A stretch of DNA of 64,000 nt, taken from NCBI RefSeq assembly GCF_963506605.1, contig NC_083276.1, positions 82,646,001 to 82,710,000 on the forward strand, in the 5' to 3' direction. A program made the position numbers and the translations under genes. Below, one piece after another: positions 26,401-35,507 of this stretch (the stretch's first letter is position 1; each line of letters starts with the position of its first letter). The stretch is from Zootoca vivipara (taxonomy: Eukaryota). The notes under the pieces are model-generated. The model was not told the DNA's origin and searched no databases. It worked only from the letters and a program-made list of their open reading frames with translations.

Positions 26401-26680
26401 GCTCCCTGGAAGGACAGATCGTGAAGCTGAGGCTCCAATACTTTGGCCACCTCATGAGAAGAGAAGAATCCTTGGAAAAGACCCTGATGTTGGGAAAGAT
26501 TGAGGGCACTAGGAGAAGGGGACGTCAGAGGACAAGATGGTTGGACAGTGTTCTCGAGGCTACAAACATGAGTTTGACCAAACCGCGGGAGGCAGTGCAA
26601 GACAGGAGTGCCTGGCGTGCTATGGTCCATGGGGTCACGAAGAGTCGGACACGACTAAACGACTAAACAACAACAACAAC
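23454..26680 (+). mobile_element. Full-length BovB (RTE clade) LINE
   Basis: About 3.2 kb; BovB-type 5' end (GCCTTGTCGTGGCGAAGGGGCTTG..GGAGAAGGAACTGGCAAGCCACTCCAGTAT), single ORF, (AAC)n tail, 11-bp TSD AAGGAAAAAGC at 23443-23453 and 26681-26691. Confidence 0.97.
23634..26666 (+). CDS. BovB ORF: APE-like endonuclease plus reverse transcriptase (1010 aa from first ATG), intact
   Basis: EN motifs GTWNVRT, LGISELKW, QVYAPT, GDWNAK, IDYI, SDH; RT motifs NYRTIALISH, FIDYAKAFD, GVRQGCILSP, LRYADD; no stops or frameshifts. Confidence 0.95.
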   Translation: MDKDNRHIKVMTLEDEPLRSEGVQHATEEERRTSTSRFRADEAAGPKPKGRSVADMPGSERKVRCCKEKYCIGTWNVRTMSGGKLDVVKNEMTRININILGISELKWKGMGEFSSGDYHIYYCGQESCSRNGVALIVNKRVAKAVMGCNLKNDRMISIRIQGRPFNITVIQVYAPTTGAEESEIDQFYEDLQHLLEMTPKKDVLLITGDWNAKVGNQEIKGTTGKFGLGVQNEAGQRLIEFCQENKLVITNTLFQQHKRRLYTWISPNGQHRNQIDYILCSQRWRSSIQSAKTRPGADCNSDHQLLIAKFQLKLKKVGKTTGPVRYNLNQIPYEYTVEVRNRFKDLDLVDRVPEELWIEARNIIQEAATKTIPRKRKCKKAKWLSNEALQIAEERRQAKCKGERERYRKLNADFQKTARRDKRVFLNEQCKEIEENNRMGKTRDLFKKIGDMKGTFRTKITIIKDKSGKDLTEAEDIKKRWQEYTEELYQKDREVSYTPGSVVADLEPDILESEVKWAVESTANNKASGSDDIPAELFKILKDDAVKVLHPICQQVWKTQQWPEDWRRSVYIPIPKKGSAKECSNYRTIALISHASKVMLKILQGRLKQYVDRELPEVQAGFRKGRGTRDQIANMRWIMEKAREFQKNVYFCFIDYAKAFDCVDHSKLWQVLKEMGVPDHLICLLRNLYVGQEATVRTGYGTTEWFKIGKGVRQGCILSPCLFNLYAEFIMRKAGLDESQAGIKIAGRNINNLRYADDTTLMAESDEELKNLLMRVKEESAKYGLKLNIKKTKIMATGPITSWQIEGEEMEAVRDFTFLGSLITADGDSSHEIKRRLLLGRKAMTNLDSILKSRDITLPTKVRIVKAMVFPVVMYGSESWTIKKAERRRIDAFELWCWRRLLRVPWTARRSNLSILKEISPECSLEGQIVKLRLQYFGHLMRREESLEKTLMLGKIEGTRRRGRQRTRWLDSVLEATNMSLTKPREAVQDRSAWRAMVHGVTKSRTRLND

Positions 26681-27183
26681 AAGGAAAAAGCAAGACATTC
26701 CAGGATCAAATCAGAAACCAGGACAGCTTCTGCAAATCCAGGACTGTCCCTGGAAAACTTAGTAGGAAGAGAAACTGGGGAGATAATGGAGGAGAGGTCT
26801 AAGTAGCTATGAAAGCAGAATAGACAAGGTGGCAGGAGGGCTGAGATTCATTTTTTTATTAGAAATTAGAACAGATATTTGGCTATAATACCAGAAAAGG
26901 AGGTGAGGTTTCTCAGGTCCTGCAATTGTCTTCAATACCACCTTGTTTGTGGCATGAGCCTTTGCCAAAGGATCAAAGGGATACAGTTTCCTCTATTGAT
27001 TCTAATCAATCAGCCATTGCCATAAGCAAAGCCTAAATTCTTCAGTCAAGGACTAGTAATCTGAAGTTACAACAACCAGGTAAACCTGAAGCTATAAGTG
27101 CCCACTCCAGTTTCTTGCCCCAAAACAGAAAAATGTAAATGGAGAGGCGTTAGCCGACGTTTGCCAGCTAACATACTGTAGAC

Positions 27184-27319
27184 CAGGCATCCCCAAACTT
27201 TGCCCTCCAGATGTTTTGGGACTACAATTCCCATCACCCCTGACCACTGGTCCTGTTAGCTAGGGATGGTGGGAATTGTAGTCCCAAAACATCTGGCGGG
27301 CCAAGTTTGGGGATGCCTG
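27184..27319. mobile_element. hAT (Charlie/Buster-like) 136-bp MITE
   Basis: TIRs plus TSD CTGTAGAC. Confidence 0.9.
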
Positions 27320-27322
27320 CTG

Positions 27323-27634
27323 TAGACCCTCCAAGTATCCTTATTTCCCAGGGACATCCCTGATTTAGAGAAGCCGTCCTGGTTTCTGATTTCATCCCAG
27401 AATGCGCCACTTTTTCTTAGGATGTCCCTGTTTTCATTGGAGAAATATTGGAGGGTATGGAGGGTATCTGACCCCGAGCCATCTAGAGGCAATCCTGTAT
27501 AAGGGAATTTTTTAATGTTTAATGTTTGATCATGTTTTTATACATGGGGCAACCCAGGAAGATGTGTAGGGTATAATAGTAAAATTACCATTATGGAATG
27601 GGACATCCCTATTGGAGAAATGTTGGAGGGTATG
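27323..27634 (-). mobile_element. Composite hAT-like element with captured L2 tail piece
   Basis: Two CATACCCTCCAA-type ends enclosing an L2 3'UTR-like segment; homologous to the BovB host element. Confidence 0.6.
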
Positions 27635-27643
27635 CTAACAGCA

Positions 27644-27646
<3 letters not shown>

Positions 27647-27712
<66 letters not shown>
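27647..27712. repeat. (TC)n(AC)n compound microsatellite
   Basis: Direct observation. Confidence 0.95.
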
Positions 27713-27714
<2 letters not shown>

Positions 27715-28859
27715 TTCAGAATGTAATGCCTTGCATTACATTCAGTGTTGGTTTGGTACAGCAATAAGAATGCTGAGAAATGGGAGACTCAGGTTCAAAT
27801 TCTTGCCAAGGCTGCAGTCCTAACCCCTCTTTTACTTCGGCTGTGTCCAAATTCTCATTTATTCTGTATCCAGTGTTGGTTTGGGAAGCAAACTCTCAAC
27901 TCTCCACCCTGGCTTTTGTCCTTCTCACTCCCTGTGAGATGCAATTAGTTTTGAATCTTCTCATAAAGAACTTGATCTAAATCTTAACACAACAACCTGG
28001 TTGTTATATTCAGTTACATTATCAAAATATTCTGAAATCCCCTTATGAGATCATAGGAGGCACGTTACTTTTGAAGAACACATTCTAATGTTAAATTCAA
28101 ATTCACACCAGGTTTCAAAATAGACAGTTCCATTTCAGATCAAGTCCATTTTAAAGACATTTCACACACGGATTGTGAGGAATTTTTAAAATCCAAAGGA
28201 ATATATTGATCACCAGTTTTCCAAGCGTTTTCTCTGAGTTTTGGGTTTTTTTAAAAGATGTGAGCAAGTCTTCTTAAATTCCCTATTCTGGCAACTTAAT
28301 AAAAATTAAGAACTCTTGTATATTTTATGAAAAATGTATGTGCATTCATTATTGGGTTGTTCTTGTATTTATTTTTATTATGTATTTTGTGATTTGTGCT
28401 TGCTTCGACAGCAGATATACTAAAATGTATTTTTGTGATTTCATGTTGTGATTTTATGGCGTGAACTGCCCTGAGATCTGTGGGTATAGGGCGCAATGCA
28501 AATTTTAATAATAATAATAATGTCCAGGCAGGTACAAGCTGCGGTCCTGCGAGACTGGTGAAATAACTGACACAGGACAAAGATGTTGGATGAAATCAGG
28601 CCAAATCTTTATTGACTACAGTGGAAAGCAGGCTTGGCATGGAAATAGGGCAAGGATCATTTCTTCATTGCAGTCACCCCCCTGCTGATGGAATAGCACT
28701 CCATCGGTGTTGGGGAAACACCCAGCCCCCTTCCATGGGAATTATCCTGCGCTGAACCCTGGTATGGTACAAGCCAAGCTACCAGGGTCTCACTGGGTGA
28801 CCAGGAGAGAGATTCCAGCCAGGCAGAGGCTGTAACCAAGTTTAAGGCATTCCTTGGCC

Positions 28860-28996
28860 CAGGCATCCCCAAACTTCGGCCCTCCAGATGTTTTGGACTA
28901 CAATCCCCATCATCTCTGACCACTGGTCCTGTTAGCTAGGGATCATGGGAGTTGTAGGCCAAAACATCTGGAGGGCCACAGTTTGGGGGGTGCCTG
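28860..28996. mobile_element. hAT (Charlie/Buster-like) MITE
   Basis: TIRs plus TSD CCTTGGCC. Confidence 0.9.
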
Positions 28997-29421
28997 CCTT
29001 GGCCAATCCTTCCTCAGACCGCTTATGGCCCTGTTCTCTCACAAATCAGCCTTTTAAAGGCTTCACCTATCCCTCTTCTTGCAAGATCTCATGGGAGAGT
29101 CCAATCCCACAAGATCTCACTCCAAAGGGAGGCGCAGCTACAGTTCCCCCACCACTCTCTGGGTTGTGCACTGCCAGGAAGGTTGGCCCAAACACAGATT
29201 GCACAAGGAATGAGGCTTAAAATGCTATCAGTGCAAAACTCATTCTCTCCCTCACATTCTCCTGCTGCCAGCCTTGCCTGCCATAGCTGTCTCTTTGATC
29301 CTCTTCTGCTGGCTATGGAAAAATCTCTGGTGATGTCCATTAAGTTGGCAAGAAGAATAGGAAGGATACTCTTCATCACTTTTGATGGCACAAGAAAGCA
29401 ATTGGTGACCTGCTGCTTGTC

Positions 29422-29576
29422 CCACTACCTCTGGTGGTTCCTTGAGAAGGGTGGAAGGCAAGACCCTCTTCATTGAGCAGCCTTTTTGGTGCAGATGTTA
29501 CCCAAGGACCATGTCTGAGTGCAGTCATTTTGGAAGAAGAGCTGCAAGGTTTGTCATGTGCCACCAGGGGACTGTT
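29422..29576. promoter_or_regulatory. Divergent pair of CTCF-like motifs
   Basis: Minus strand GAACCACCAGAGGTAGTGG (29422-29440) and plus strand GTGCCACCAGGGGACTGTT (29558-29576). Confidence 0.4.
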
Positions 29577-29711
29577 TCCTTCTCATGCTAGGATTGGTCT
29601 CAAGAACTCATGGGATCCCTCTTCTGGTTTGTCCCAATGCCCCTGACCAGTAGTGAGTTATTTTAGATCTTGAGGTGAGGAGAATCAATTCCCCTTGGCT
29701 TGTTCCTACTA

Positions 29712-29954
29712 CATTGGTACCTCTACTTACGAATTTAATGCGTTCCGAACGCACATTTGTAAGTCGAAAAAAATTGTAAGTTGAATCCCATAGGAATGCA
29801 TTGGGAGAAAAAATTCGTAAGTAGAAGCAACCTTAACTAAAAATTCGTAAGTAGAAAAAATCCTATCTAAACCACATCCAAGATGGCGGACGGAGCTCCA
29901 TTCGTAAGTAGAAACATTCATAAGTAGAGTTATTCGTAAGTAGAGGTACCACTG
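29712..29954. mobile_element. Tc1/mariner (pogo/Tigger-like) MITE
   Basis: Near-identical to 2666-2909; TA flanks. Confidence 0.9.
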
Positions 29955-30046
29955 TACTATTTCTCTGATTGATTCTGAAACAGCTTGTGTGACCTGTGCA
30001 AACTTGCCACATCACCTGTCACCCTCAACAATCAGAGATGGATAGT

Positions 30047-30292
30047 CAGTGGCGGAGCTTCATGCTCCGGCACCGGGGGCGGGGCTGGCACCCGTTCTGG
30101 GGGTGGGGCGCGCCTCCTGGAGGGCCGGAGTGCGCGTTCCAGGGATGTGTTGCACCTCCCAGAGGGGCGTGACATACGTTCCGGGGGCGGGGAGCGTGTT
30201 TTGGTGGCAGGACGGGCGCCCGCGATGGCGCCCCTTGGAGCCCGCCGCTCAGGGCAGCCCGCTCCTACCGCCCCTATCTTCCTACGCCCCTG
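30047..30292. mobile_element. GC-rich non-autonomous DNA transposon (hAT-like)
   Basis: CAGTGGCGGAG ... CCTACGCCCCTG termini; flanks TGGATAGT/TGGGTGGT; related element at 34233-34470. Confidence 0.6.
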
Positions 30293-30324
30293 TGGGTGGT
30301 GTTCTGTACCTCAATGTACTTTTT

Positions 30325-31772
30325 TATATATATATAAATACTTTTTATTAAATTTTCCAATTAAAAAAAAACAATTCAATTATTTCAATTATATCCAATT
30401 ATACATATACATATCAATTAAGCCAAATATTATGCCAAATCCTTAAAACAATTTTTTTCGACTCCCCATGCTCCAAAGTCCTGGGATTTTAAGCAGCTGT
30501 TAACATTGCCATCCTCATCCTATTGTCAAAATCTTGCTGTTATCCATCATAGTCCCAATCTTTTCAATAATCCTTCTAGATGTTTTCCTCTCTCTTTTAT
30601 CTTTCGTCGCAGCTTCTGAGATAAGCATCAAACAAGATTTAACACTGTCCATTTTTCCTGTGTGGGTTTTTTATCCAGTCCAACCTCCCCATAAATCTCT
30701 CTTAGTCCAGTATGCCTTTCTTGCCACGTCAACAGTCCGACACAAACCAGCGCCATTTTAGGAATCTCGGATTCTATGCACTCTTCTTCCAAACTTCTTA
30801 TAGATTTTGCACGAGTCCAGCTTTTGGCGTGGAACAGCTGTTTCACCTTATGTATAACCTCTTATGATTGACTTACAGCCTTCCTCGTCCTTCAGCTGGT
30901 CACCGCACTCCGAGACTCCCGTTTGGCTGCTACTATCCATCAATTTTCACATACGCCACAACTCAGCGCCATCTTGAGTGCCTCGGGATGTACCTTCTTC
31001 TTCCAAACTGATTATGAACTTAGCGAGAGAACAGCTTTTTAGCGAGGGGCCGTAATTGATTTATAGCTTTCCTCACCTTTCTGCTGAACCCTGCAGTCCG
31101 AGACTCCGATTAAACCACAATTAGCTCTCAGATTCCAAAGACGCCACAGCTCGTAAATCCCACTCGTCAGCGGCATTCAGGCAGTACTGATAAACGTTCC
31201 GGGGAGGAGGGGGGGTTTCCAGTTAAAAAAAACATTTTCTAAAATGATAATCCTCTATTTAAATAAGATCCAATGCCACACAGTTCATTTCCATTTCTCA
31301 TTTGTCTAAAATAGTCAGGCAGTCCGTCCAGGAAAGTTATATGTACGTCTTAAAATATGAAAATAGAAAGTTCACTTCCCTTTTCGTTCCGCCCCAGTCA
31401 TTCTTTTCTCTTGATAAAATACTCTCTCGGCTCTTCTCACTCAGAAGCTGATAAAGTCCTGGCAGTATCTTCTTCCCTTTCCTTTGAAGCATGTCCATGA
31501 TTTTAAATCTAATTATTCTTCTTAATCATGGCGTTCGTGCTCGCATGGGGGGCCTCCAGGAGTTTCGGCTCCCATGAGTGCTTAGCCCAGTCCCCCCCAC
31601 CCCTTCAGGAATCGGGGTGGGTTAAGGGGCACCCGCGGGCCAGCGGCCCCCCCGTCACCCCCGGGGGGGTCAGGGGACTGCCTTACTCCCCTGGCAGCCG
31701 CCAAAATTCCTCATGGGAGTCGAGAGCGATGGTACGGGTCAGCCATAACTCCCACGAGCACGAGCGGAAGTC
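30325..31772 (-). mobile_element. Non-autonomous L1-type retroelement (1.45 kb) with GC-rich 5' end and L1-like 3' tail
   Basis: 17-bp TSD ACCTCAATGTACTTTTT (30308-30324, 31773-31789) at a TT/AAAA site; 5' end GACTTCCG; AATAAA plus A/T-rich tail; no RT ORF. Confidence 0.75.
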
Positions 31773-31834
31773 ACCTCAATGTACTTTTTAAGGCTAGGAG
31801 TGGCAGCTATGGTCTCTCTCTCAGCCTAGAAAAA

Positions 31835-32152
31835 GTATTATTATTATTATTATTATTATTACCCATCTGGCTAGGTTTCCCTAGCCACTCTGGGTGGCTC
31901 CCAACAGAATATTAAAAGCACAATGAAACATCAAACATTAAAAACTTCCCTAAACAGGGCTGCCTTCAGATGTCATCTAAAAGTCAAATTGTTGTTTATT
32001 TCCTTGACATCTGGTGGAAGGGCGTTTCACAGGGCAGGCACCACTACCGAGAAGGCCCTCTGCCTGGTTCCCTGTAACCTCATCTCACAGTGAGGGAATC
32101 GCCAGAAGGCCCTCGGCACTGGACCTCAGTGTCCGGGCTGAATGATGGGGGC
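31835..32152 (-). mobile_element. L2 LINE 3' end
   Basis: Reverse complement of the same L2 tail as 15153-15609. Confidence 0.8.
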
Positions 32153-32228
32153 TGAAAAGTTCAGAGTTGAGAGAGGAAGGGTGAAGAGTGACGCCTTTCT
32201 CATTTCCTTCCATGTCTCTATATACTTT

Positions 32229-33460
32229 CTAAAGCTGTGAGGAGAGCACAGAGATTTCACAAGCACCTGGGGAGGTCATCACTGGCCCAGTTATCCCCAC
32301 AGGCTTCACACTGGCTACACTAGTCTTAGGGGCTTCAACTTGACTGTTTGCTATGTCTCTATCAGCATAGCTGCCAAGTCTCCTGTTTTTCATGGAAAAC
32401 CCCCGTATTTAAACCCGTTTCCCACTGTTATCCCAAATAGAGAAAAATCCCGTAAATCCCCCGGATTTCCTACCTGCCAGGGAGGCTCCTTCTGTGCATG
32501 TCTGGACATGCATAGAAGCGACTTCCGGTGCCACACCGCTGCTGATCCCGGATTTTTCTTACCGGGAGTTGGAGGGTATGTCTATCAGTACTGCAGCAGA
32601 CAGTCCTTTCCTCCTCAGCCTCGTTCTCCTCAGTTAGAGACCTTTGAATGATGAACTGGAGAGGCTCCCTGAACCATCTCTCTCTACAGAAAGCTACCAG
32701 GAAATAAATGGCAGGGTTGATGCTGCTGTTGATGCAGGCAAGCATGTAAGAAACACTGGAGAGTTCATAATAAGAGGCTATGTGGTGCACACTGAGGGGA
32801 ACACTGAAAACAACAAACACAAGAACTGTGAGCAAGATAGTTTTACAGAGGTGTCCTGTCGGACGCTGCAACAGCGAACAAAACCTGACCTTTATGACCA
32901 GGGTCAGGCTGGACAGAATCATGATAGGGGTGAAGAAGGTGAGGTTGACAAGAGAGATCTTTTGTTGCATTTTGTCACACACTGTTTCGTTACTTAAAGA
33001 ATAAATGTCCAGCCCAAACAGCAGGATGTCAGCAGACCACAGTGCTAGACAACCACGCAGGGCGGAAGCAGCGGGACCAAAATGGGCACAGCACACAGAG
33101 ACACCGCTCAACACTGTTAGCAGTGAGGAAATACATGCCACTGCAGAATGAGGACACTTCCATCTTGCTCAATATGGTCATCAGCTCACACCACTGAAAG
33201 ATGTGGGTGGCAAAATACTGCGCAAAAAAGAAAGATGTGATAAACAGGCACAAAAAGAGAAAGAAAAGGTCACCCACGGCTAAACTGAGGGTGTAAATGA
33301 GGAGTGGATTCTTCCTGGTGCCTAGTCGGAGAAACCAAAGGACAATCCCATTCCCCAGCAGGCCAAGATGCAGATGAACAGACTGAGGCAATAGATGATG
33401 TCATTTGTAAAATTGTGCCCAAAGTATTTGTATCCAATATCACAGCTTTGTGTCTGAATG
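32229..33460 (-). pseudogene. MAS-related GPCR (MRGPR family) pseudogene
   Basis: GLLGNGIVLWFL, KNPLLIYTLSLAVGD, YFLTANSVERCLCVLCPFWSRCFRP, LACINSSINPAIYFLV; frameshifts near 33365 and 33037; hAT MITE at 32366-32580 inside the C-terminal coding tail; acceptor TTTGCAG| at 33461. Confidence 0.85.
32366..32580. mobile_element. hAT MITE inserted in the MRGPR coding tail
   Basis: CATAGCTGCCAAGT ... AGTTGGAGGGTATG; perfect 8-bp TSD TCTATCAG (32358-32365, 32581-32588). Confidence 0.88.
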
Positions 33461-33527
33461 CTGCAAATAAGCAAATGTGCCTGTGTTGAGTTAGCCATCA
33501 CAAAGGCTTTGCTGGGGCTGGCAGATG

Positions 33528-33555
33528 TCTCCTCCTCCTCCTCCTCCTCCTCCTC

Positions 33556-33586
<31 letters not shown>

Positions 33587-33613
33587 TTCCTCTTCCTCTT
33601 CCTCTTCTTCCTT
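33528..33613. repeat. (CCT)n/(CTT)n trinucleotide polypyrimidine repeat
   Basis: Direct observation. Confidence 0.9.
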
Positions 33614-33747
33614 CCAGCCCCTTTTCACCCGCAAGCACAGAGAAGATGGAGGAGTTTCAGTAAGTAACTCAGGCTGCACTCCCATTGGTGATTTATGCAT
33701 TGACAGATTTGTGGTATTTATAACCCATCTTTTACCCAAAGCTTGCA

Positions 33748-33853
33748 GAGTCTGACCAAACTGCGGGAGGCAGTGGAAGACAGGAGTGCCTGGCGTGCTC
33801 TGGTCCATGGGGTCACGAAGAGTCGGAAACGGCTAAATGACTAAACAACAACA
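33748..33853 (+). mobile_element. BovB short 3' fragment
   Basis: TGACCAAACTGCGGGAGGCAGTGG...GACTAAACAACAAC. Confidence 0.9.
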
Positions 33854-34232
33854 AGTTGCTACTCTTTGCCCCTGAAAATGCTTGTCACAGTCAATGTCTC
33901 CTTGGGGAGCAATTAGGGGGCCCAGCAGGAGACCAACATGGGGCCCTGATCCGGAGCACATTCTAGTTTTGAGCCACATTGTTGCTGGAAGTGGCCAGTT
34001 TATACACACCTTATTTAAAGTGTATTGATTGCACTGTGTAGTTTGGCTCTTAAATTAAGAGTTAGTTACAGTGTGAGTCTATACCTGTCTACTCAGAATG
34101 AAGAGACATTGAGTCTAATGCAGGTTACTTCCATGTAAGTGAGTACAGAATGACAGCCTTTGTTAGTTACTGTTTTTTAATTGTTTTATTTGTAATTTTG
34201 ATATTTCATGCAAACTGCTTATACAGATCAGC

Positions 34233-34470
34233 GGTGGCAGAGCTACCTGCTCCCTCACCGAGAGCAGCGTACTTCCGGGGGGTGGCTGGCGTGTGTCCCA
34301 GGGGGCGTGGCGCACTGCCTGCAGGGGCGTGGCACACACTGGGGAGTGAGCAGCAAGCGGCACGCGCCCCGGGGCATGCGCAGCAAGCACCGAGCGTCCC
34401 AGGGGCGGGGGCGGCCCTGATGGCACCCCCCTGGGATGGCACTTGGGGCGGACAGCTTTGTCCGCCAGTG
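34233..34470. mobile_element. GC-rich non-autonomous DNA transposon (hAT-like)
   Basis: GGTGGCAGAGCT ... GCTTTGTCCGCCAGTG; flanked by AGATCAG on both sides. Confidence 0.55.
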
Positions 34471-34892
34471 AGATCAGAATGATTTTAACCAGCACTGGTT
34501 TCTTGTGGCTCTGCCATTACATATCTGCAGTGGGGTCCCACCCCCAACATATTACTTTTTAACAACCAGCCTTTGCCTACTTACTCTCTTTCTTCTCAGC
34601 GAAGTAATGTGTACAAAAATGCATTTACTGGGGCGAAGTGTGTATAGAAATGCATCTATTCATGAAAATAACATGCAGGAAAGTTTTATATTGCAGGAAA
34701 TTGCTTTGCAAAATCGTGTGTGTTAGGCAGCAGGAGTGTTGCCTTCAGGAGAGATGTCTGGATCCCCTACAACTGATGACTGCCAGCTGGGTATTTGAAA
34801 GCAACATCTGGAAAGCTCCCTACAGAGGAAAAGGGACTATGATACCCCATAGTATACCTACAGCTACGATGAAATCAGTCATGCTCAAGCTT

Positions 34893-35507
34893 TTGCTGCC
34901 ATCATGTGGCTCTTTGTTTTATACAGTTTCGAAAAGCTCCTGACAGCAGAGGGACATAGCAAAGGGATGGTAATCCACAATATACAAACTACTGCTCCAA
35001 AATCCCACAAACCCCCATGATGCAATCAAAGAATGACATAGGCTATTAAATCAACCTCACCCAATGGACTAGAATGTGGTCTAAACCTCCCTTTAAGTCC
35101 ATACTAGCCAAAAGAAGGAAACTCACACTGAAGTAAACTGGTCCCAAGCTGCTAAGGGCTTTATTTCATTTCATTTTATTTTATTTTATTTTATAAAGGA
35201 CATACACTTCAATAACATATAAGAAAAAAGGAAGGAAATACAACTGAATTAAAATTAAACATACATACAAAACAAATTTGAGTTGTTACGTTCACAGTCC
35301 CTAAAAAGAATTATTAGTATTGGGAGTAGGGGTAATAACATTATTTTGCTAAATTTTAATTATTTCATTACATATAAAATGTGAATATTTGAAAATACAG
35401 AAACAAAAAATGACTAGCCCTTTCAACATCAGATGGTGTAACTTGTGGGCTTTAGATAACAAGGTACAAAAAGCACAAGGAATTTTATGACCACATGATG
35501 GCAGCAA
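34893..35507. promoter_or_regulatory. Cluster of CTCF-like motifs in divergent orientation (candidate boundary)
   Basis: Identical 17-mer CCACATGATGGCAGCAA on minus (34893-34909) and plus (35491-35507); weaker plus-strand matches at about 34940-34958 and 35423-35441. Confidence 0.4.

Larger units (their letters stand above)
23175..26760 (+). mobile_element. Composite hAT-like element (carrying an L2 tail piece) that hosts the BovB insertion
   Basis: Flanks 23175-23453 and 26681-26760 join into a sequence homologous to the inverted copy at 27323-27634. Confidence 0.6.

Noticed and set aside
23510-26630. Several antisense ORFs (up to 193 aa) over the BovB element
   Set aside because: Shadow frames of the RT ORF with no independent motifs.
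29985-30446. GC-rich 153-aa ORF (and similar ORFs at 34150-34495)
   Set aside because: Arise from GC-rich MITE sequence; low complexity, no domain.
31528-31791. 87-aa ORF antisense to the 5' end of the non-autonomous element (ORF0-like idea)
   Set aside because: Expected by chance in GC-rich DNA, and its stop lies outside the element in the target site.
33458-33808. Poly-E, poly-S and poly-F ORFs
   Set aside because: Translations of a trinucleotide microsatellite.
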